Of a DNA stretch of 64,000 bases, positions 1 through 22,882 are shown piece by piece. A program made the translations under genes and the position numbers. This stretch comes from Amoebidium appalachense (Eukaryota > Protista > Ichthyosporea). Location of the stretch: NCBI GenBank assembly GCA_963693365.1, contig CAVNZM010000013.1, positions 4,505,314-4,569,313 of the forward strand, written 5' to 3'. The number at the start of each line of letters is the position of its first letter. Position 1 is the first letter of the stretch. Below the pieces are notes generated by a model. The model had not been told where the DNA came from and did no database searches. It saw only the letters and a program-made list of their open reading frames with translations.

Positions 1-1225
1 TGAGTTTGGTGTGCAGGGAAAGACGTTGCTCGTTGAAAGTGGGAAAAGAACTCACAAAAAGGAACAACGAAAAAACAAAAAACAAAAAAAAAACTATGAA
101 GGTTGTCGAGTTTCCTTTACTTCTGCAGCTGCTTGAAATTCTGGACAAAAAGCGACGGTGACTGAGCTCGACCCTCTCCAGTTTCGCGCCAACAAATTCT
201 TGTGCGATAAAAACTTAGCCTCTGGAATGTAATATTGGCGGCGCGGGCCCGGACCCGGCCCGGCCCGCCTTCTACACGCGGAACCCTTGTTAGCCCCAAA
301 AACCCTAAACCCTAAACCCTTTAGATCCATGCGCAGCTGCCTTATGTAGTATGATCTGAGACTTTTGTCCAATGAAAATCGTTATCGCTCCCAATTTGGA
401 AAGTGACTTTCGGGCCAAAAAGCTACCTAATCGGATCGCTAAAACGGTTTGGGTCTCTGCACGGTAGTATACCCGTGACTACTGAACCGGCCCGTATGAA
501 AGGGATAGATATACGCGGCAGCGTTTTGATTCCTTTGCCAACTTCATGCCGAGTGAAGGGAGTACTTGCTTGTGTACTTACCCCCCCCAAATGAAAATTT
601 TTGTGTTTTTCAATTTAAAGGTTTGGGCATTTCAGGGGCTGAACATTAGCATATATATGAATGACAGTGTATGGGCGCAGCGTGCATGCTTTGGTGTCAT
701 CGATTGCATGATCATGAACATATATCCGGTTTATTTTGTTGTCAAAAAAAAGCATAAGCTATCTCTAATATATAGTAAGCTATGAAGCCCAAATACGGAA
801 CGACACCCCTCAAACAACAGTTCTTTCCATCAAAGAGCACCCCTATTTCTGGTGTTATCTCTGATCCACACCCGCGCCGCTATCTGCATGCGGAGCTTAT
901 GCCCCAGTCGATTTCTTTGTGTGTGACACGGCCGCAGGAGGCTGACTCGAGTCACGGCGAGATCTGACAGCCCTAGACGCAGGACTCGGGCGAGAAGCTG
1001 GGGGGAGGGGGGGGGATCGGAAATGCCTCGGGAACACGGCAATACAACTGCACGCGGTGAGGAACACGGTGCCGGATCAACACACACACACACACACATG
1101 CACGAACACGCACGTGCACAGACACGCGCACACACCCAAACACACACACACACTGTATGTGAGTTTGTGTACATTGGCACACACACAAACACACACACAC
1201 ACCCAAACACACAAACACCTTGTGG

Positions 1226-1271
<46 letters not shown>

Positions 1272-1707
1272 ATTTCAATATATCGAACCACGGATGCACC
1301 CTACCGCCTAGTTACTCAGTCAACAGAGTGCCTTTCATTTGTATCTCATGCAACAGCACAATAATACACATGTGTTTTTATGAAGGGTTTCTAACCATTT
1401 CATTCATTCAAGCTAGATATATATAAATACTCCACAGCATCCCCTCCCCCCCCCCACCCGCCCCGCCTCAACCCAGGAAAAACTCTCAGCATACATACCA
1501 CCCACATTAAGATACAACGGTGTGTGTGTGTGTGTCCGCCTGTGTGCGTCTTCGTTTTTTATGGTTTGTGTCTGTGTGTTTGTGTGTGCACACACACGCG
1601 CATATGTGTGTGTGTGTTTTTGTGCGGGTGCGCGTGTGCACACACATCAATTGCATCAACATAGTTAAAACCTATTAAAGTAAATCGAAACAACAAACAA
1701 CCTCTTA

Positions 1708-10750
<9,043 letters not shown>

Positions 10751-10982
10751 GTTGGTGTGTGGGTGAGTATATTCTTTTCTGTGAAAGATGTTGATGTTGT
10801 GTGGAAATGGCCAAGATGTAGGATTGTGCAAGTGTGTGAGCTTGCATGTACACTTGCTTGAATACACAACTTCTAGGAATGTAGTTGTAATTGCAATGTG
10901 AACTTGGTTTTCCAAGAGTTGGATAGGAAAAGTGCGACCAAGGCCTCAATAGAACCTTTGGGAGGAGTCTAAAAGAAAGGAT

Positions 10983-11525
<543 letters not shown>

Positions 11526-12143
11526 TCTCCCTCTCGATCTGATGTCTGAGTCTGTCTGTTTCTGAGAGGCAGCGGCTCTCTCTGTCGCTCATCGTAGGGT
11601 TGGAAAAAAAGCAAAGGAAAGCCTCCGCGAAGGTTCCTTGAGGTAATGAAGATTCTTTGCACGCTAAGCTATGCATATTTATCTACTTGTAGTGGGAGTT
11701 TTCATGTAAAATGGTCATAAAAAACGGAACGACGGGAGGGGAGGGATAAGGGAGCCTTTTGTAAGAGAACCACGGGCATTGATTTGAGGAGTCGAGAGCA
11801 TTTCTACCCTGGTGTTTTCGAGGCTCTCTTTCATCTGATTGGCTAGTGAGAATATGTCAGAGCGAGAGATGATTGGATGAGCCTGACAGTGGCGCAGAGG
11901 TGTGCAAATTCAGTTTTGAAATCGTTAACCCAAAAGAACTGTAACGCTATACATCATTACAATGTTAAATAAACAGCCTAAAAAATAAAAATTTTTTTTT
12001 AACGTGTACCAAAAATGTGAAACGTCGATTTGGCACTTTTGTATATGAAGCTTAATTCATACCTGAATTAATTATCTCCAAGCATGTGTACCTGGTGAGA
12101 GCTGAAGTAAGATTTGGCTTACCCCTCGTTCAATAGTGGTCAG

Positions 12144-12150
12144 TATATAA
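12144..12150 (+). promoter_or_regulatory. Candidate TATA box of the trans-sulfuration gene
   Basis: TATATAA in the unique-sequence part of the divergent intergenic region, upstream of an intron ending at AG 13275-13276. Confidence 0.35.
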
Positions 12151-12371
12151 ACACCCACTCGAGCTCAGTTCTTCAAGTGACCTGCAGAACTTGACACACG
12201 TGAAACTTTCTTGTATTTTTGTGCAAGCCTTTGGATGCATGTGAGACTTCCCTATCTTCTATGTTTTTATAAACCCTATCCTTTCACCTGTTTATCTTGA
12301 TTCAAATGGCTCTTGACCAATTAAGGCAGGTTTTGTCACACAGAGGCATTTTGAAGGGGATGGTTGAGGTG

Positions 12372-12412
12372 CACGGCCATCTAGAAACACCAGGTGTTTC
12401 TAGATGGCCGTG
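12372..12412. mobile_element. 41-bp perfect hairpin mini-element with 8-bp TSD
   Basis: CACGGCCATCTAGAAACAC-cag-GTGTTTCTAGATGGCCGTG flanked by TTGAGGTG at 12364-12371 and 12413-12420. Confidence 0.75.
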
Positions 12413-13288
12413 TTGAGGTGTTATGTTTGCTTTTTGATGCACGGAAAATGTATGTCGGAAATGGTTGGTGGGATTGTGGAGCGAGAAAAGGTTTGGAATT
12501 CAACGGAAGTTGAAAAGTGGTCTGGCGTGTAACGATGACGATATAATGCTCCTGCGTCTTGGGAGGGGAGAGAGGAGGAGGAAGGGGGGGGGATAGGGAG
12601 GGGGGGGGGAGGGGGAGGGGAGGGTGTATCGATGGTGGTTGAGTAGGCGGGCAGCTGTGAGTGTGTGGGAGGGAGAGGGGGTGCGGAGACCGATGGTGGG
12701 AAGGGCGGGGGAAAGCGGGGCGGGGGGGGAGGGGGGAGGGGGATGGGAAGGGGAGGGGGAGGGGGGGGGAGGGGGGGGGGGGGGGGGGGGGGGGGCACAA
12801 TAAGTTGCCACCCCCCTCTCCCTCCCCCCTTCCCCCAACCACCACCATCACCACGACCAGGCATGGGTATTGCATGTTGTTGCCTGTTTTGTCCTACCTC
12901 TCTACGCTTGACCCCTCCCACACGTCTTCTTTCTATACTTTCCCGCCTGCCCCGCAACACCCACGCAAACCACCTCCCCCCGCCACCACCACACGCGCAG
13001 TGCACTTGCACACACACAGCATCCACCATCACGCCCCCCCCCCCCCCCCCCCCCCCCCTTCTTCCTCTCCGCTCCCACACAAGCAGATACGAACTTCTCT
13101 CCATACCCTCCCCCCCGTCCCTCCCACCCCCCCACACCGACACACACACACAACACCCACAGTGCATCCCAGTGAACACACGTTCCATCCACCCGCCTCT
13201 AACTCAGCTTGTTCCCTTACCTCGAAACATACACAACACCTGCCTTTTTTAACCTATTTTATGTTTGCTTGTGCAGACCAACAGCAAC

Positions 13289-13884
13289 ATGGCTCAAGAC
13301 GACCACATTCCCGACTTTGCCACCCTGGCTATCCACGCCGATGATGACATGGAGAATGGAGTGATTGACATTGCACCTCCCCTGCACGTGAGCACCACGT
13401 TTAAATACCCCAAAGACATCATGGAAACAGGTACATGCAACTGTTTTATTCTTGGGTGCAAAAAATGTTCTATTCTTGGTTTCATTTTTTTTTTTTTTTT
13501 TTAGAGGGGGGGGAGGGGGGGGGGGGGGGAGGTGGAGATAAAGTAAACACTCGGCTTTTTGTTTCACTATCTATCTTGTTACAGTTCTTAGCACTATTCT
13601 TGATATTTTTAATATCGCTGTTGTATTATACTTACTGTTGTTGTTGCTACAATTAAAATAGGATAGGGACGTTGGGTGGGGGTGGACATGCCTTTCCGCT
13701 CTCGTTTGAGAGCAATTGCAAGTAGCCACCCTGCCTGCCACCCTCCCCCCCCCCTCCCCCCCCCGCCCCCTGGGCCACCCTCGTTAGGTTAATGTTTTCT
13801 GTGTGTGCTCTTCTTTGCATCTCTGCACATGCTCTAAAAAGGAATTTGTACTTCAGAATTTAGAACACTGTCTAATCTTTCCCC

Positions 13885-13979
<95 letters not shown>

Positions 13980-14686
13980 ACTTTGAATACAGCCGTGAGG
14001 ACCAGCCCACCCGTCGGAGAGCAGAGAAGGTTCTTGGCCGTTTGGAAGCCGGAGAGAAAGGTGTGTGTGCACCTGTGTGTGTGTGTGGGTGTGGGTGGGT
14101 GGGGAAGGGGGAGGAGGGTGCTAGGTGGGTGGGTGGGTGGGGGGGGGGGGTGGCTGTTAACAAGGCCTTGAGAGAAGAAGTTAGCTGTACTGCTTTAGAG
14201 CAACAGAGCTTTGGATATCCGGGAAGAACTGGGAGGGCACCGGGGGGAGGGGGAGGGGGGGGGGGGGGGCAAGAGATTTGGACACCCATACATATGTCTA
14301 ATACAGATCACGATATATGTGTGGTACATACATCAATAGTGAGGCAGAAAGGGGAGTTGAAGGGAGTCTTCGAAGAGAGGAGAGAGTGGAACACAGTGAT
14401 CTGGTACACGTCTACCCGCTTTCCAGCAACACAAGTTTGGCAAGGTGGCCTTTTATTGTGCAAAGTAAAAGTGGGGCGCTGCGTGCATGCTTATCAACCA
14501 ACCCGCATGTATTCAAACAAACACACAGACAGACACAATAACACATAAACAAGCACACACCGAGAGATCGAGGGAGGAGAAACACACACACACACACTCA
14601 CATCCACACACATCCCTCCCCCCCGGACACAAACCCACACACCCACAAACCCCCCCCCCCCCCCCCCCCTAACTACCCCCCCCCCC

Positions 14687-14728
<42 letters not shown>

Positions 14729-14833
14729 CCCCCTATCTGTCCCCCCTCCCCCAACCCCCCCACACACACTCATAAACCCCACCCCCCCCTCCCCTTCCCC
14801 CCCACCCCTCCCCACACACACACGTACACACGA

Positions 14834-14869
<36 letters not shown>

Positions 14870-15385
14870 AGGGCGCTGTATCCTGTATGCGTCTGGTCTT
14901 GCTGCCATTCAGGCCGTAGTTCTCCACGTGGCCCCCAAGAGGGTTGCATGCAGGGGGGGATACCATGGCTCTATTGGTGTCTTCAACCAGAACAAACTTG
15001 TACGTGCCCTCCCCCCCCCCCCCCCCTCCCCCCCCCCCCACCCCCTCCCCATGAATATGCATTTCATTATGTCTATCACATTATATCCCCCTCTCCCCTC
15101 CTTCAACCCCTTCGCCACCTGCATGAATAGCTTGGGCCCTCCTGAAAACAGGCTCTCTGATGATGCGTACTCGTTGTTTGTGCTTTGCCGTATGCATACG
15201 GTTGTCCGTCGTGAACTTTCGCGAATGTAAATATGTACCGGTTAAACGCGTTATTCTTCCATATCTCTCTCTCTCCCCCCCCCCCCCCCCCTCTCCCCCT
15301 CTTCCCCCCCCCCCCGCCCCCGTCCCCCTCCCCCGTTTCCACCCCCGAGGGCCTGCCCTATTTCCTCCCATGACTTCCATCCCCA

Positions 15386-15419
<34 letters not shown>

Positions 15420-15621
15420 ACAGGATGGGCTCTGTTTGTTATGCATACTCTTCATGTGTTTTTTGCACTGTTGCATTGTGTTGTCCGTCATGAGTGCGTA
15501 CTTTGTAGTCTATTACTCTTTCTGATCTCTCCCCCCCTCCCCCCCCCCCCCCCCCCTTCCCGCCTCTTCTCCCCGCCCCTCTCCCCCCCCCCTGCCCGTG
15601 AACATCCACTCACTCACTCGA

Positions 15622-15693
<72 letters not shown>

Positions 15694-16875
15694 ACAGACA
15701 GACATACACCTCAATCACTCACTCAAATACTTAACTCACAAAACCCTTCCCGCTCCCCCCTTGACCCGCCCAAGTTCAGTTGATGCTGCTGTCTGAGTTG
15801 GAGCGTCGTATATACGCGGGCTAAGGGGTCGAAACTCAGACGCAATTGATGACTTGGGTCCTCCCTGAGGATGGGCTCTGCTTATGACGCATACTGTGCA
15901 CATGGCTGATGTTGCATACTTGAATGTTTGCCTTTGCATGTGTCCTGCACCATGCTTCTCGTCGTGTATGCGTACTTCGTACCTTTTTCCGCATTCAAAC
16001 CCCCCCCCCCCCCCCCCATCACCCCCCCCCTCTCTCCCCCCCCCCCCATCCCCTTCCCCCCCTCTCCCCCTCCCCCCCTCAGGAAATGATTGATATTGAT
16101 GATGAATACCAACCCGGTGATCTCGTTTGGATCGAAACCCCTCGTAATGCATCGTGCGATGTCTACGGTAGGTGTCTCTGTTCATACTCCGCAAAAATGG
16201 GTTTTTTCTGGCTATCCCTACCCCCCCCCCCCCCCCCCCCGCCTCCCCTTCCCCCTCTCCCACCCCCGTCACCACCGCGGAGCTTAGGGACATACACACT
16301 CCTGTCGTTTTTTCTGTCTTCCCCCTCCTGTCTCGCTCTCTCTCCCCCCCCCCCCCCCCCCCCCCTCTCCCAAAAGACGGGCGACCCATACATGTTCAAG
16401 CCAAACAGTATCTGAGATGGGTTTCGTTAACGAGGTGAATGGGTGGAAACTCGGGTACTGTGGATGACGTGGCCCTCCCCTGAGGATGGGCTCTGCTTAT
16501 TATGCATACTCTTTATGTATGGTTTGCATTCTGCATCGTGTTATCCGTTGTTCTTGTATACTTCAAACTTTATGACGCATTCAATCCCCCCCCCCCCCCC
16601 CCCCCCCTTCACACACACAAAAACTCTTGTTCACTTCAACGCAGGTCCCCTCCTCCTCTCTCCCCCCCCCCCCCCCATTTTGTTTACTCACACGCATCAA
16701 CACCCTATTCATCCCCTTCATCCACTCCCCCCTCCCCCCTCCCCCCCCCCCCCCCCCTTCCCCCCTCCGTCAACGAAACACTAGCACACACTAACACCTG
16801 TACAGCTCCCCCCCCTCACCCCCATCCCACCCCTCCGCACATACATGTGAGTGCATGCAGGAACACTCACGGACA

Positions 16876-16916
<41 letters not shown>

Positions 16917-16991
16917 GACACACACACACACAAACACACACACGCGCGCGTGCGCGCACACACACACACACACGGACAGACACACACGCAC

Positions 16992-17061
<70 letters not shown>

Positions 17062-18252
17062 TCCGTCACTACAGTGAGAAGGCCCACGCTGCCGGGGCCA
17101 AGATAGCCGTCGACTCGACATTTGCCCCCCCTCCCCTCCAGTACCCCCTGCAGCACGGTGGGTGTTGATTGGCTAACAATCACACCGCATGTCTTGATTG
17201 GCCAATGATCACACTGCCTTTCTTTGATGTTCATTGGGTCTGTGTACATTCTTTCTAAATATTAGCATTGGCTTTGTTGGTAGGTCAATTATCACACGCC
17301 TTAATCTATTGGCTACTGATCATGCGTACACAGTTTCTGAACATTACCATATGGTTTGTTGATTTGTCATTTGTCACGCGATTGAAGCAACCACCGCTAC
17401 TTCCATTTTAGCCGCTGACGCGAGCCACATCGTTGACGTCATTCTGTGCACAATTTCCATGAAGCCGTACGAGCTGAAGCTGGCTCTGTCGTATGTCGAC
17501 ATCGGCATGTGACACAGTTTGATTGATTCTCTTGATTGGTGAGACACATTTGAGAAATGTGGCTCTCGGGCGGTCAGCGCCCAGACGCTAAAATGGGAGA
17601 AGCGGTGGTTGGTTTAAGTTGTCAATAAGCACACACATATTTGGTCAGCCAATAGACACATTTTACTAATACACAATTTGAAAAGTAGTATAAGTACATC
17701 GAGGACCTATACTATTTGATGTGGTCAATTTTACCGTACCACTTTTTGGTTTAGTAGAAAAAAAGTATATCGCGAACAGCCGACCCGATCCCGGTGCGCA
17801 TTTGTTGCGTTCACCCCAATCAATTCGATCTGGCAAAAAGATATACTTTACTTCCGAAGTATATCTTTTGGCCCTTTCATATGATCGATATACTTAAGTA
17901 TATCGACTTTGAATATCTTTTTCGCGATCTTACCAGGTTTGACAGATCAACGATATACTTGTACTATACTTTTCAAAATGTATTATAGTAAACCGTGTCT
18001 GATCACCAAAACTTCAGTCTTTGGCTAATCACCATCCGTGCATTCTTTCGCAGTAGCACCATATCCTTTGTTAATTGGCCAGGTGTCACCCGTCTTCTAT
18101 ATCGGCCAAGGTTTACACTTGGCTATCTCTTGACACCCTTTCTGATGGGTCAGTTATTACGCTCTCTTTATGTGAATTCATTTCCTATTTATCTCCTGGA
18201 TGAGTTGTAACATTTAATCCTGACACATACACACATACACGCGCGCGCGCGT

Positions 18253-18308
<56 letters not shown>

Positions 18309-18424
18309 CGACTATGTCATGCACTCCACGACCAAGTTCTTCATGGGTCACAGTGATGGTCTTGGTGGTGCTGTGATTGTCGACAATGAACAAGTACACC
18401 ACGAGGTATCCGCTCTCTCTCTCT

Positions 18425-18501
<77 letters not shown>

Positions 18502-18504
18502 TTG

Positions 18505-18538
<34 letters not shown>

Positions 18539-18637
18539 CCCCTCCCCCCCCCCCCCTCTCTCTCCCTCTCTCCCTCTAACACACTCTCACTCACTCACTC
18601 ACATACATACGCATACACACATACACAGAAGCGCGCG

Positions 18638-18676
<39 letters not shown>

Positions 18677-18703
18677 GCACACACACATAGGCAAACGCGC
18701 GCG

Positions 18704-18734
<31 letters not shown>

Positions 18735-18864
18735 ATACACATCCCGTTACTTGGGGTCCTCCTCCTGAGGATGCTACATTCTCTTTTTGTGTCCTTCTTT
18801 ATTTCTTCCACTTTTTCAACTTTTCCTTTCCTTTTTTTTTTTTTAGGGACCCGGAAGGGTTGTT

Positions 18865-18910
<46 letters not shown>

Positions 18911-20780
18911 AGCGCGTAAGCACAATCCTTGCATGCGTTTCTCCTATTGGCCCTTTCAGCAATTTTTAAGGAGACTCGGGGGATGGATTTTGGTTAAAAA
19001 TTGGGGTTGCGCAACGGATTGAGATCGACCAAATTCCATAATTGATCCAGTCGACCAATTGATGCCGAACTGTCCGAAAGTTCAATTTGCACTATAAATC
19101 CCGCTTAAATCCTGGACGATTGACCGCATAAAGTTTGGGAGAAAATGAAATTTCACTTAGAAAGTGAGGGGTATTTACCTAGTAAAATTTTTGTCCGGAG
19201 GAGTGGTAGGCTTCGGTTGAGGCACCCATCTTTTGCTTAGCATAAGCAAATATAGAGAGGGTATAATAAGACCTTACGAATATTTTTAATTAAAACTTTG
19301 TTATGTAATCAACCCCCACTTTCTTAATAGGATTTTATTTTCAGGGCAAATATATGCGGTCATTCTCTCTGGATCTAGCGGCGAAACTTAGGCGGCTTGT
19401 AATCAAAAGCCCCAAAAGTGACAATTTTAGCCGGCTCACAGACTGGAATTTGATCGATTCCGATCGATTGGATCCCCCGATCACATTGCCGACAAACCAT
19501 CCCCTAAGTCTCCTTAAAGGCTGCTTTTTAGACTGGTACCCATATTCTATGTGGTGTTTCTTAGGTCACGTGATTCTGAACCAATCATATTGCAGATGTT
19601 CCACCAGCGCACGTACATGGGCAACATGATTGGGAACCTGGAGTGCTGGCTGCTGCTGCGTAGCGTCAGGTATGGGTGTGTGGGGATTTTATGTGCACGT
19701 GCAAACACACGCTGACACACACACACATGCACACACACATGCACACACACACACACATACACGCACGCACTCGTGTCTAGATGTTGCGGGGGGACGGAGA
19801 AGGGGGGGGGGGGGGGGGGTTGGTGGAGGGGTGTGGGCTGGTGGGTGGGTGAGAAATCTATGTATATCTGAGTATGGGGGAGAGGTGGAAGGGGCCCCGG
19901 GGGGGGGGGGGGAGGGGGGGGAGGGGGGGGGGGGGGGGATGCTGCTGGCTGGTGGGTGTTCGTGCAACATATGTGGAAAATTTGGGATGGGATCGGTTTT
20001 TGTTTGTTTGTTTGTTCACTGGTAAAGATAGCAACTGACACGGATCTATTTTTAGGTCTCTGTCCCTTCGTGTCAACCAGCAGAGCAACACGGCAGAGAA
20101 ACTGGCAAAGGCCCTCGAGGTACTGTGTGCACACACACACAGAGAGACGTGCATGCAGACACACGCAAACACAAGTACATGAACTTGCACACGCACACAC
20201 ACGTATGCACACACACAACCACCATCATCGCGCACACACGCAGACACCCACATACCACTCCTTTTTTCCCTGACGTACATTTCATTTTCTACAACAACAT
20301 ACATTTTCGTGAATGCGGATTGTAGTTAATATTGAGACTGGTTTGGAATATGGACATATTGATTTGGAACATGGACCTATAAATCCCTATGGACCCATTA
20401 ATTTGGAATATGGACATATTGATTTGGAAGATGGACCTATAAATCCCTATGGACCTATTGATTTGGAATATGGACCTATTGTTCCTTTGTACTCGCATGC
20501 ATATCAATAAGAGCCAGCACCCTCCCCCCGATCCTCCTTCCCCCCCCCCCCCCCCCCCCCCATGTATTGGTTGGGAACCACGCGCGAGAGGTAAAAGAGT
20601 CGAAACCCATGCTTTTGTGGAGGCATAGGAACCCCCCTGATGATGGGCTCTGTTCAAGTGTCTTCTGCCTGCACACTTAAAAAAAAACAACAATTGTTTG
20701 ATTTTGGGATCCCCCCTTTTGTGACGTTTTGTAGTTTGTCCTTTGGTGTTTCCTCCATGTTTTCCAACCCTCTAACGCAT

Positions 20781-20814
<34 letters not shown>

Positions 20815-21052
20815 GGTACCCCAGTAGTACTGAGACTTTTGCCACAATGCAAAATCATTTTCTCGCGATATTGGAGGATTACTTGAGATAAGCAACGGAA
20901 ATATGACTCAATTTCCCGTTATTTTGCAGAGCCACCCCCGTGTTACCAAGGTGATGCACCCGTCTCTCCCCAGCCACCCGAATCACGAGGTTGCAAAACG
21001 CCAAATGAAGGGCTATGGTGGTGTTTTCGCCATTGAGGTACACCCCCCCCCC

Positions 21053-21084
<32 letters not shown>

Positions 21085-21208
21085 TGCTCCACACACACAC
21101 ACACAGAAAAGAAACAGAAGAAGAAGAAACGAAGAGAAAGAAAAGAAGAATGTACGAATAAGACTAGACTAGCAGAGGATGAAATAAAGAGTCCATGCCG
21201 TACGCGCG

Positions 21209-21265
<57 letters not shown>

Positions 21266-21504
21266 ACAAACACACACAAACACACGTGCACACGTGTACA
21301 CGTGCACACGACCGTTAACACATACTTATCCACTGAAGCAAAAAATGGAAAGGGCGAGAGAAAGAAGCGGCGGAACCCGGGCGGGGGGAGGGGGGAAGGG
21401 TGGGGGGGGGGGGGGAGGTGCTTCCACGATACTTTTTTGAAGGTTGTGATGACAATTAGTTTGCTAGTGAACGTCTTATCTGACTGTTGCCTATGCCCGT
21501 GTGT

Positions 21505-21603
<99 letters not shown>

Positions 21604-22341
21604 CTGGAGAGCCAGGAGATTGCTCTTGCCCTCCCCTTCAGGACAAAATACTTCCGCCCGGCTACCTCTCTTGGTACCCCCCCCCCCCCCAAAAAAAAAA
21701 AAAAATAGAAATAAAAAACAATAATAATAATAATAATGATAATAATAATAAAATCCCATCCCCTTATCACTGCCCCCCCCCCCCCCCCCCCCCACCCCCT
21801 CCCCCCTGGGTACATGTATTGAATGACTGCACACCACACCTCGCGATTTTACTCGTTTTTTTCCCTTTCTTTTGTTCACTCCTTTCTTTTACCTTTCAAT
21901 CTCCCTGTAATCACTCCGCTGCTTCTACCTGGCTCCCCACCCGTTTCTTCTTTTGGTGGCCCTTATGACGATCTCCCCTTCATCCTTATTAGAACAAAGT
22001 ATTGAATGAAAAGACATATATGACGATCTCCCCCTTCATCCTTATTAGAACAAAGTATTGAATGAAAAGACATATGGTACACACACAAAAGACCCATCAC
22101 ACGGTTTTCCTTTCCCCCCCACCCCCTCACCCCACCCCCTCCCCGCCCTTATTTTTCTTCCTATATCACGCATTTTTCGAGTGTCAAATGCTCACTTGAC
22201 CTCCCACCAATCAACACGGGCCCATTCTAACCATATATGGCAGGTGGGGTGGAGTCTCTTGTGGACTACCGCTACCGCTGGGACAAGGGTGTCAGCAAGA
22301 ACCTTCTGCGCCTGTCCATCGGCCTGGAGGTATGTGCACGT

Positions 22342-22394
<53 letters not shown>

Positions 22395-22590
22395 ACTGCA
22401 CATGCGCGCAATCACACACATACACTCGTGCATATGTGTCTGCGGTCACAAATACCACAATACAAGCACACTTTGCGAATATACACACACGCACAAGCAC
22501 GTGCAAGCACACGCACATGCAAACTTGCACGCGCAAACACACGCGTGTGCGAAATCACACAGCACAAGCACGGTCACACACACACGCACG

Positions 22591-22652
<62 letters not shown>

Positions 22653-22798
22653 CACAGATACAAACACATACCCAAAACCGTATAACACTAGCACACACAC
22701 GAGCACACACACACTCACACACACTCACACAAACACACAAACCACAAACACGAACATGCGGCTGTGTCCGGACACACACACACACACACACACACAGA

Positions 22799-22882
<84 letters not shown>

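Noticed and set aside
15845-15870. Box C/D snoRNA reading (TGATGA...CTGA)
   Set aside because: The C box is not conserved in other copies, and the copies are variably 5'-truncated and C-run flanked like retroposed elements. Disfavoured, not fully excluded.
20313-20510. ORF with LEYGHID/PINPYG repeats
   Set aside because: Intronic minisatellite; the flanking exons join in phase without it.
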